A stretch of 64,000 nt of DNA from Sminthopsis crassicaudata (Eukaryota), in assembly GCF_048593235.1 (NCBI RefSeq), contig NC_133621.1, forward strand, positions 204,435,238-204,499,237, in the 5' to 3' direction. The notes under the pieces are model-generated. The model saw only the letters and a program-made list of their open reading frames with translations. It was not told the origin of the DNA and made no database searches. Positions 48,831-59,828 of this stretch are shown here, in pieces. The translations under genes were made by a program, and so were the position numbers. How positions within the stretch are numbered: position 1 is the first letter of the stretch; each line of letters opens with the position of its first letter.

Positions 48831-50171
48831 AAGTATCAAAAGAGAAAAGGGACTGTGTACTTAGGTTAATTCAGAGATCCATTGCTCCCAAGCCCAACAG
48901 CTTTGGGGCAGACTGTTGGGAAAGGAATCAGGAAACCAAGTCCACACTTTTCCCCTTTACCTCTTTTCCTGACAGGGACCCATCTGAATTGTCTTTACCC
49001 ATTATGAAAGTTCTCAATAAGAGCTGGCCCCACTTTGAAGCCATCACTGATGTCCAGTGACCTGTTGCTACCTTGACCTATTTGTAATTTCTTTGTCCTT
49101 AGTTTTGCTTCCTTAATCAGGGTAAGTGAAGAATTTCTTTTCAAAAGTTCCAAAGGTGTAACAATACCTGAAGCCTTAAAGGACTGCAGAATATAAAGGC
49201 ATTCCCTCTAATTAACTAATTAGTGAAAGTGGTATCTTATCTCTTAGAAAAGAATTCTAGGTTTTTAAACAGGAGCCAGAAATTCTGGCCATAAACTGGC
49301 CAGAAATTCTGGCCAAAACATAAAAGTTGAACACTCCCTCAGAATTAGAAAGTTTTCCTAATAATGAATAGCCCTGAATTCCTGATATAAATCCCCCTGC
49401 ATGATCTTTATGATATATTGCTATAATCTCTTTGCTGACATGAGCAACAAAGTGAAAATAATCAGTCAGGACACAGAATGTCTTGTTCATGGAAGAACAA
49501 GGGTGTAGAAGAATATGGAGGGCTGGGAGGAGTAATGTATAAGGTAGAGGAAAATTGGAAAGCTAGTAGAAGAGCTTTGAAAGCGAAACAGAAAATTTAT
49601 ATTAATAACAACAGAAAAACAAGGACTACCATCTAAATAATGCTTTAAATTTAAACAGGACACCCTTTTAAGGTTAATATGCCCTATTAACATGATCTCC
49701 ATTAATTCTTAAGTCTAGGCAAAGAACAAAATGGTAGGTTAAGCATTGATTTGTAGCATTTCCCAATATCCAAAGTGTCAAAGCTTATACTGAAAATTTA
49801 ACCATCAGCATACTCCATCAAAGTAATACTTCACTGAGTTAAGTCATTTAAATTGTGTCCAACTCTCAGTTACCTTCATTGGGAATTTAATGACAAAGAG
49901 AGTGAAGTGATTTGTTATTTCCTTTTCCTTTTCTAGCTCTTTTATATATATATATATATATAGAACTGAATTAATTGACTTGCTCACACAGCAAGTGTTT
50001 AAGGCTGGATTTATACTCAGGTCCTCTTTATTTTGGTGTCAGGGATCTAACCAATGTACCACATACACTATATCAGTTATGAAGGAGGAATAATCAATTC
50101 AAGAGTATTGGTTTTCCTGGGTAAATATGATAATATATGAAATAATCTTTCTTTAAATGAATTCTTCACAG

Positions 50172-50336
50172 GGGTGTGCTTGGCAAGGTGGGAGAGCAGT
50201 TTTAATACCAAAGCAAGAAACTACAACCCTGCAGATAAAAGCACTGATTATGGGATAATGCAGATCAACAGTCACTACTGGTGTGATGATGGCAAGACCC
50301 CACATGCAACCAATGGGTGTGGCTACAAGTGCTCAG
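50172..50336 (+). pseudogene. LYZ: LYZ-C exon 2 (catalytic Glu/Asp intact)
   Basis: ttcttcacag|GG GTG TGC...TCA G|gtaaga; matches ORF 50174..50392. Confidence 0.95.
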
Positions 50337-51061
50337 GTAAGAGCCACCTCTGGGATCTGGGGCACAGCAACTCTGCTCAGCAAGGTCCATAATATGCAGA
50401 TTAAACACTTACACAGGGAAGCTGCTTTAGAAAGCCAAAAAGAAACTCAATTTCTAATTAACCTTCCCAGTTCCTCTCTCATCATTCCCAAACTAAAAAA
50501 AGGCCATCTCTTCTCAGAAGAGTATCATTTCTTAGTCCTGTTGTTGACTGGTACAAGATCATTCAGAAGGAAGGGACCCAATTCTTCAAATTCTCCTTTC
50601 ATTTTAGGTAGCTACCTAAATTAGCTTCCCCTTTTGGCTGGGAAATGTCTGTAATGGGAATTCTCAGTGATTCAGACTGATCCTTTTAGTCCACATTATA
50701 GGATCATAGATGTAGAGATCTCTTGATGCCGTCTAATCCATCACTCTCACTTCCCAAGTGGTTAAAGTGAGGTCTGGGGAAGTGAGAGTGTCCAAGGTCA
50801 TACAGGGAGAGGGAGAGTCCAAGGTGAGAATTGAACCTGGTCTTTCAGCTCCAGAATTAATACGTGGGGCATGTAACGGTGCTACTTCTAGCCCTGACTG
50901 ATTTCTGTGACCAGTGAGCCAAAATGTGTTTTTTCCAAGCTGCTGTTCTGTATGGTCAACCTTTATCACTCACTACCTGACAGCTGAGTGCTCCTGCAGA
51001 AGTCACTTCAACTGAGCTCCCTAGTCTTCATCTGTTCTTAGCTTGTGTTAAGAATGAGTCA

Positions 51062-51566
51062 CCCATTTACATGAACTGATGCTGAGTGAAATGAGCAGGA
51101 CCAGGAGATCATTTTATACCTCAATAATGATACTGTATAAGGATGTATTCTGATGGGCGTGGCCCTCTTTAACAATGAGATGAACCAAATCAGTTCCACT
51201 AGAGCAGTAATGAACTGAACCAGCTACACCCAGTGAAAGAACTCTGAGAGATGACTATGAACCACTACAAAGAATTCCCAATCCCTCTATTTTTATCCGC
51301 CTGCATTTTTGATTTCCTTCACAGGTTAATTGTACACTATTTCAAAGTCCGATGCTTTTTGTACGCAAAATAACTGTATGGACATGTATACATATATTGT
51401 ATGTAATTTATATTTTAACATATTTAGCATGTATTGGTCAACCTGCCATTAGGGGTAGGGGGTAGGGGGAAGGAGGGGAAAAATGGGAACAAAAGGTTTG
51501 GCAGTTGTCAATGCTGTAAAATTACCCATGCATAAAAAGCTATAATTTAAAAAAAAAAAAAAAAAA
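51062..51566 (+). mobile_element. L1 3' end in intron 2 of LYZ-C, absent from copy A
   Basis: 12-bp TSD aagaatgagtca; poly-A; empty site at ~7480-7490 in copy A. Confidence 0.93.
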
Positions 51567-51933
51567 AAGAATGAGTCAACCACAACCACAACAACTTCAC
51601 AGCCCTTATCTATTTGAAAGGAAAAAAAAAAATAATGAAACAGGACTTTATTCTTGATTTTTTAAATGGATGACCCTCAACCTGTGGTCATGGTCCCTGC
51701 ACCCTGAGCCTGGAGTCAAGACATCTGACTTTAAGTTCTGACATTAACACTGACTATTTGTGTTACCATGGACAAGTCACATCTCCTCTCTGAGTCCCAA
51801 TTTTCTCATCTGAAAATTGGCTGCTTTACAGGGTTATAGAGAGAAAAGTACTTTGTAAGCCTTAAAGTGATACAGACATTCAAGTCAGTTAGGTCTGGGA
51901 GGAGATGAATGAGAGCACAGGCCTTTCCTTTCT

Positions 51934-52095
51934 CTCTCTCTCTCTCTCTCTTTTTTTTTTTTTGAGGCTGGGGGTAAGTGACTTGCCCAGGGTCACACAG
52001 CCAGGACGTGTTAAGTGTCTGACATCAGATTTGAACTCTGGTCCTCTGGAATTCAGGGCTGGTGCTCTACACACTGCCCCACCTAGCTGCCCTTG
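51934..52095 (-). mobile_element. WSINE1-like SINE in intron 2 of LYZ-C, absent from copy A
   Basis: 14-bp TSD ggcctttcctttct. Confidence 0.92.
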
Positions 52096-52241
52096 GGCCT
52101 TTCCTTTCTTGACTGCAGTCTCATTTATCTGGAATTTAGAAAAATAATCTTATAATATTGTTCTTCTTCTTTAACTAGGAGGATTGGTTCTTTTACATAA
52201 AATGAACTTGAAACTTATGTCTGCTTTCATTTCTCTTTCAG

Positions 52242-52320
52242 AACTGGAGGAAGATAACCTCGTGAAAGCAGTAAATTGTGCAAAAAAGGTCGTAGATCAA
52301 CAAGGCATTATTAGAGCATG
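52242..52320 (+). pseudogene. LYZ: LYZ-C exon 3
   Basis: ttctctttcag|AACTGG...AGAGCATG|gtatgt. Confidence 0.95.
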
Positions 52321-52355
52321 GTATGTTTTCAATCACTATAAAGAATAAATCATTT

Positions 52356-52498
52356 GGGGCAGCTAAGTGGTGCAGTGGATAGAGCACCAGCCCTGAAGTC
52401 AGGAGGACCTGAGTTCAAATCTGATGTCAGACACTTAACACTTTCCAGCTGTGTGACTCTGGGCAAGTCACTAATCCCAATTGCCTCAGGGGAAAAAA
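52356..52498 (+). mobile_element. WSINE1-like SINE 35 nt after LYZ-C exon 3
   Basis: ggggcagctaagtggtgcagtgg...cctcaggggaaaaaa. Confidence 0.9.
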
Positions 52499-52722
52499 TT
52501 CAAGAATGAGCATGTTCAATGAATGAGATAAGGTGTTCAAAGATAAAATAAAGTCCATTTTGCTGTGTATTGTATTGCAGTAACTAGGCTGGTAGGAGAT
52601 ATTCCTAAAATTCAAGAATGAGCATGTTCAATGAATGAGATAAGGTGTTCAAAGATAAAATAAAGTCCATTTTGCTGTGTATTGTATTGCAGTAACTAAC
52701 TAGGCTGGTAGGAGATATTCCT
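52495..52722 (+). repeat. Direct tandem duplication of 112/116 bp
   Basis: aaaattcaagaatgag...gagatattcct occurs at 52495-52606 and 52607-52722, identical apart from a 4-nt insertion. Confidence 0.95.
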
Positions 52723-53314
52723 ATTAGCAATCATTTTAAACAATATTCTATGGGACAACCTTTCCTAATAAGGATTGTTGTTATGGTGCTGCTTTCCTTA
52801 TTGTACAGAAGGACAGTATATCAATGCAGTAATTATCCAGTAGGGAAATACAATATTGGAATTGTCCATTACAAAGCAATCAAGTAATCTTATAAGTCCT
52901 TTTTCTGACTCTACTGGAAATGGCCCTTTCCTAGGGGCCTGCAATGTCCATTCTGGCCATCAGGAGGTGCTCAGCTAAAAGATTCTGAGGCTTCTCTGCC
53001 CACCCTTGGACTGTGTTCTCAGCACAAAGCATGGCATTAAGCCCAAGCTGTCACAGTTCAAACTATGGTCTGATATGAAACATTGCTCAAAATATTAAAA
53101 TATGAGGTCTGTGGCCTCTACTACTTCATGGGTCCCTATACCTTTGGGGTTTTGTTCTTCCAATTTATTGCCCACTACCCTCATTGATCAAATGATTATG
53201 GAGTTTATTTCTCACATTTCATAAATAAATAAAATTAAAAATTTTCATAAATAAAAAATTCATAAATCACATTTCATAAGCATTCATGTATATAAAAAAT
53301 GAACATTTATTTAA

Positions 53315-54135
53315 CAGTGTTATGGTAAGCCTCTTTTTTTGTTGTTTGTTTATTCTTTTAGCCTACTTCTTGATTTGGGATTTTATGTTAGTTAAGCTTT
53401 GCTCATTTCTTGGAGACATTGTTTGGCCTGGGCTTCTGATCTTTTTGTGGATCAGTTTGAGTTCATGAAAGTTTTCATTGCTTCCAAAGTGATGTGATCC
53501 CGGAAGTTTATGATCTTTCTGCTCTGGGCATTACAAATTTCAGAGCTAGGTTTGTGTCTTTTGGCTTTGTGAAACTTTTAAGTTTCAGTAGATTACTATT
53601 GGACTCAGTCACGGTTAGTTTGCTGGGAGATTCTGAAGGTTCACACTGAACTGCTAGCTCTCTTTTGGTCTTGGTTGGCTATTCTGCATCCTGCTATACT
53701 GCAGGCTTATGCACTGGGTTAGAAATGAATTATATTCTGCTCCTGCTCTCACGAAAGGCTAGAACTGAATCAGTGCTCTGCTCCTATTCTTGGAATCACA
53801 CAGCTAAGTTTCCAGAATTTGTTTTTTGATCAATATTCATCTAGGGCTCCAGGCTTGAATTTGGACTCCTCTTCACCTTGAATCTGTCACTCAGAATTGG
53901 GTAATGGGTGATAAAGTTGGCAGATGGCCCCTGTTCTGTATCTGAGCACTGGAATATTCCTGGCCAGCTCCAAACTCAGTATCTGCAGACCTGTCTTCCT
54001 AAGCTTCCTTGGGCTGGAAAAATGACTCACTGTGACTTCACTTCTCCTATCAGAATTTTGTCTGGAACATTTTCTAGATTGTTGTGAAAGAAGTATGTTG
54101 AGAGAACTAGGCAAAAAATGCTTCCTTTCATTCTG
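53315..54135 (-). mobile_element. Old L1/HAL1-like 5' region, antisense, at the point where LYZ-C homology ends
   Basis: T-rich antisense LINE 5' character; family not determined. Confidence 0.45.
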
Positions 54136-55131
54136 TCAGAGTTTCTTGAGGACAGGCATGTGTGGTTCCAGATTCACTTTAGGTAAAACAAGTAGAGAAA
54201 GACTGTAGAAGAAGCAAATATGTGAGGGAAGTTGGCTCCTCAACATGTCTATGATTTTAAGCTTGCCTTCCTAGAGATTCCTGAGAATTTTCTTTGAGTA
54301 AGATTTGGCCTTTTCTTTTGATTGAACTGGATCCCAGTTCATTTCCATCTAAAACGAGTTCATTCATTATTGTATATTTTCTGATTTGCATTTGTTTGGA
54401 TAAATTGCATTACTTGCTTTTGACTATTTAGGACAGTATTTAATGTAACTAATAATGGGAAGAGATCAAATTAGTAAGCTTAAATTAAAGGATTAGCAAT
54501 CAAGAAAGGGAGTTTATTCTGGACCAGATTTTATTTCTAAATTCTTTCCATCTGAGGAGGATCAAGAGATGGGTGAATGAAGGAGAAAGTGATATCCAAA
54601 TTCAAGCCCAGAGCCCTAGGTGAATATTGAGCAAAAAACAAATTCTAGAAATTTAGCTGTATGATTCCAAGAATCATTACTCAAGTAATGGACTTGATGG
54701 CCTTGTAAAAGATGAAAAAGGCAGATACAAAGTTGAAAGAAGTTAATATGTAATATGTTTTCAGAAATAGCATATTTTTACAAAGTGTTTAAAGAAATTA
54801 AAAATATTTCTAGTTAATTAATTAATGAGATAAAGAACCTTGTGGAATTTAAGGAGAAAGTAGAACCACAATATGCTGTTACTGAGTGGTTGGTTCAAAA
54901 GAGAAATGAGAGCAGAATTTATAGTCTGCACAATCTAAATAATGAGCAGAAGAGAAAAACTGAAATCTGTGATAGGAAACCTCCCTATAGAAATAAATGA
55001 GGGAACAATATATAGGAAACGCAAAATAGAAAATACAAAGATGTGAAGTAAAATCTAGAATTAGAGAAACAAGAAAAAAAGGGAAGGATTTCAGTAATTG
55101 GAGAAGAACAATTCTGAGTCTACCGAAGTAC

Positions 55132-58100
55132 TGATAAGTATTTCTTGCCCTGAGGCAAGCAGGGAAGGGCGCTGATGGGGATTAATTTAATCTTATTGTA
55201 GTCCCACCCTTTGTGGAGGTCTTGGGTAGCTCTACTTTACTGTGTCCAGTCAGAAATGAAGTAATATCAAACCTCTGCGGTTAAATTTCTCCTATAAATC
55301 TTCCTATGGCCCATGCCATCTTTGCTGAATCCCTTTTGGGTTAGCTTATCATGGCATTCTGTCTTGTGCTGGCTGTCTTTTTCCTCCCCCTTGCCCATAT
55401 CTCTCATCCCCTCATCATACTTCATGGTGTCTTTCTCCTTCTTATAAGTAACTCTTTTAGGGTGCTAAACTCCTCTATGGATTTAGCCTGTTCCCACCTC
55501 ATAGGGTATTCCCTTTCTCCTGGTTAATTGTGAATTCCACTGGAGAACTTGTTTTTTCCATTATTAATGGAAATAATTTCCTTTTGCTAACTATATGCTC
55601 TCCCAAATCTGTTTCATATTTATCATTTCTGTTGTTTATTGTATCCCTTCATTTTATCTGAACCTCTTCTAAATAAATCTACCTTTTGCCAAAGAGTGGC
55701 CATTTTGAATTCTTCACATGACTGAACCCCGACATTTGGTACCAATTTATCTAAATCTCATCATTTGGTGCTAAACCCCAAACACATCATCTGGTGCTCA
55801 AAACCCACTGGTATTCTTCTTGTCAAAAGGTAAGAGATTCCCACATTTTAGTCCCATACCTCCACATAGTGAGAGCCCTTGTTTTCTCCATTTTTTTTTT
55901 TCTCATTTAGCATAATTGGGTAATATGTAATTCAACTTATTCAAGGGATGCCCTGAATCAAGTTACTTTGTCATTTCTGGTGTGGACCCCACACTAGATC
56001 TGTGGGATTTGGCTACAAGGATGGGACAGGAGTGGGTGAGGCTGCTTGAGTGTAGGACATTTTTTAGGGATGTTTGTGTTTCCCAATATTACAAAGGAGA
56101 GCTAATGTAACATCTGGCCATCTAGGATTTAAAATGCACACTGTGTTGTCTCTGCCTGTCTGTCCTCTCTAAGTCTTTCTATGACAGTCTCCTTTCTGTT
56201 TGTGCTAAAAACTAACCTGCATTTTCTTAAAAGTTAACCTTTGAGAGAGAAAAATAACCTTTAGCCTTCTGTCCCTTAAAGAGGTTTGTGGAATGGCTAA
56301 ATCAACACCTTGACTTGAAGATTAGGTTGTGCTTGTTAAAACTATTCCTCCAGTCTGCCTTTCCAATGAAGGATGGGCTCTCCAACATCCCCCGCCCCAT
56401 GTCTTGGAGTCAGTCTCAGTTTCTCTTTACATTGGGTCTCTCTGTGTCCCTGACTCCAGAGTCCTAAAATTCTCCTCATGAGACTCCATGAGGGTGTGAG
56501 GGTGAGAAGGGTGTGGGTTTTTTTTTCAGTTCTCCCTAGATGGAAGATGCCAGCAGTCTTCCCCAGCCCTCTCTAGACACAAACTTGTATCTCCACTTGG
56601 CTTGGATAGGTCCAGGTGGCTCACGTAGCACTTCAAGATCTTTTCCTCTTCCCTCCATCTTTAATGGAAGTTGGGAAGGTAGAGAAAAGATAGCCCTAAA
56701 ATTCTAGAATATAATCTCTCCACATGGTTTTGGGGGAGATCAGATTGTTGCCATTTTGCCCTCAGGCACCATCTAGAAAAACTGTATCTCCATATCAAGT
56801 CTCAATTTACTGCCACTTAAAAATTTTTAGGGCTCTAAGAGAACTAATTTGAATGTTGGAAAGTTTCAAAGTTGGGGCCTATACAGGAAAAAACCCGTCA
56901 TTCAACAAGTTTCTCTCAAAGATGCAGTTTTAAATTTGTGTGTTTTTAAATAGGAAATCTGATTCTACATTGTATGAGACAACTACTATTAAATGGCACA
57001 TGCTAAAATTGTGAACTTCTTTACCCTAAAATAAGATTTTAAAGATATGTGTCCATTATTCTTCTTTAATATTGAAATATAACTATTGGAAATTTAAATC
57101 TGTGTTTATGCAAAGTTCTCTGGTAAGTTAATTTAAAGAGGGCACATGTTTGTATATTTTCTAATTAGATGAAATAAATTTAAGGTGCTATGTTGTTTTC
57201 TGAATCATATATTGTGCAATTTTAAAAATCGTATGAGCTATACCTTAAACTTTTGTCAGTCCTGATGGACTTGTGGTATAAGTTTTGTGATGTTTCACTG
57301 AAAATTATTTAGCTATCACTATGTTCTGAATTTTAAGATTGTCTTGTTAATTTAGCCCCTTTTAAAAAAAAAGATTTACTTAAAGAGACAGAATGGAAAA
57401 GTATAAAGGATACATCCTGACCCCCTTCTCGTTAGCAAGGTGAAGCTTGCAAGATCATCAGCCCTAGGAAAAAAGTTTAATATTAGAGCTAAAATTCCCA
57501 TCAAACCTTCCTTCATGTTACAATTTGGCTATCAATTCTGAAAATTCTTGATTAGGATTTTTGGAAGTTATCTGACATTGGGGTTTGAAAACTGTATGCT
57601 AGTTATTTGCATAATTTCATTATTTTATTGGCTTTGGAATATTAGGACATAATCCTCCTTTTCTCCCTTACTAAGTGTGGAGGGCTTGGCTTTCGTCTCC
57701 CCCCCAACACTGGTTAGGGGAGGTGGAAAGAAGCCTATTCATTTGTGCTCATCCCCTCATTGAGCTCCTTGCTACTTGAGTAAAATGTCTTAATTTTTGA
57801 TTTGTTTCCATCATTTAAAGGTATAACACCACATCTCTAGTGTGGTTGTTTATCTCAGAGCAAAAAATTTGTGTAATGTTGACCATCTACTTAGATAAAG
57901 ATACTGCATCAAAGATTCTACTGCTTAGCAATGCAAGGAACTTTTGTGAGAAGTTTGTTAGATATATTCCAAAACTCATTAGTTCTACCATGATTTCTAT
58001 CTGCCTTCAGCAAATCATTTTATAAACACTTATTTAGTGCATCATGGTCTCATTGTTTAACCAATATATAACCAATATCATCTGTAGCTTTCTTAAAATG

Positions 58101-59828
58101 CCTAAAGCAAGATTTTAACCTGATAGTTTTTCTTTTTACATTTAGTTTTGGCTGTTCCCTATAGGTCTTTCATCCTCTGTACAGTGGCAAAATGAAACCC
58201 CTTCTCTTCATCTGCATGTGAAAAGCATGGCATGAGAATGCTTGCCACCACATTAGCCCTGGGGACTATAATTAATAATACTTCTTTGAGTTTGAATTCA
58301 GTTATGGACCATTAAGTTAGAAAACGCTTCATCTCAGAGAACTTCTCAAAAGGCTCAGGTAGAGGTTGGTTGGTTTGTATCTGGGGAAAAAGGAGTTTGG
58401 ATGGTGGCTTTTGAACTCTAGTTGAGGTTAAATCATTCTAACTTGATTTCCCAATTATGTTCCTTTTTTAAAAAGGATGATTCCCATCTAATATTGGAGT
58501 TTGGCAATAGGGTAGTATTGTTAAAACATGTGTGTCCTTCATTTGTGATTTGTAACTGAAGTCAAACAGAGCTAAGGATGCTTTGTCCTGTTGTAATTAT
58601 GTCCCTACGTTTTTCTCTTACAGCAAACTTTCCTATTCAGAACAAGTGGTCAGCTTAAAAGCCATGAGCAAAATCCAGGTATTCAAGATCTTGCTGTTTT
58701 TCATCTGAAATGTGTAAATTATTGGATAAGATGAATATCTGGCCACTCCTGGTACCTATTATCTCCTCATTTTGTCCGTAACCTTTTCTCCTAAATAAAC
58801 CTACCTTTTACCAAAGGAAATGGCCATTGTAAATTCTTTACATGACTGAACTCCAACATTTGGTGCCTCAACATGTTCTCTTCAAATCTACTGCAATACA
58901 CTGCCTCTCATCTGTAAAAGAAAGACTACTTTATTTGTATTAATCCCCTGCCTGGGGTCTTATATGGATCAGATGAAATGAAACATTTAAAGCACTTTCT
59001 AAATCTCAAAGTGAATTATTCCTAAAGGGTGAGGCAATGCTAAAGGTTGAGACAGAAAAGGAAACATTTCCTTTATGTGGGAAAGAGACCCTTTATGTGG
59101 GAGGGTCTCTTTCATCAGAAGTCAGGGTGGAGATTGGGTCACTTGCTCAGCCCACCAAGCTCATTAGTTAGAAACAATCCTATGTCTTAGTCTCCTGCTA
59201 TATGATCAAAGGCTAGAGAGGTAAATTTTGGAGGATTAATTCATTAATTCTAAAACAACTGATGTCAAGGAAAAGACTAAATAGAAAGAATGAATAAATG
59301 AATGAAAAATAACTTGTTAGATATTTACTATGCACCAAGCAGAGATAGAAAAACCAAGATGATCCCTGCTCTCAGAGAACTCATACTCTTATACACACAC
59401 AGAGAGAGCCTTGTGCTTTCTCCTCACTCCTTCCCCATGCCTCACGGTGTCTTTCTTCTCATTCCCCCATATTTCATGGTGTCTTTCTCCTTCCTATGGC
59501 TAACTCTTTTAGGGTACTAAACTCCTCTATGGATTGAGTCTGCCAGTTTTGGAGTATTTCCTGGTTAATGGTGAGTTCCACTAGGAAACTTGTCTTTTCC
59601 GTTGTTAATTGTTGAAACCCCTTTCCTTGCTAATTATATGCTCTCCCAAATCTATTTCATATTTACTATTCCTGGTGTCTATTGTATGTCTTCAATTTGT
59701 CTGTATTCTCCTAAATAAATCTACTTTTTGCCAAAGAGAAAAGCCATTGTGAATTCTTCACACAACTGAACCCCAACATTTGGTGCCATTTGCATCTCAT
59801 CATCTGGTGCTATATCCCAAACACATTA
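55132..59828 (+). mobile_element. Decayed ERV complex: LTR ~55132-55789, non-coding interior, LTR 3' part ~58745-58880, partial LTR ~59410-59828
   Basis: Three copies of ctaaataaa.ctacc.tttt.ccaaag...tgaac.cc.acatttggt; tctggtgc PBS-like start after the first LTR; no intact ORFs. Confidence 0.7.

Larger units (their letters stand above)
50172..52320 (+). pseudogene. LYZ: Lysozyme C copy C: exons 2 (50172-50336) and 3 (52242-52320) intact; exons 1 and 4 not found
   Basis: Exon 2 encodes the same protein as copy A except G>A (NPAD). Exon 3 reads [27 protein letters not shown] (79 nt, ATT duplication). All four splice sites are canonical. No exon-1-like sequence was seen in 37-50 kb and no exon-4-like sequence in 52-64 kb. 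Confidence 0.88.

Noticed and set aside
48815-49163. Possible solo LTR (TGTGAC...TGTAACA) at the left breakpoint of LYZ-C intron-1 homology
   Set aside because: No TSD and no clear TATA or poly(A) arrangement; insufficient support.
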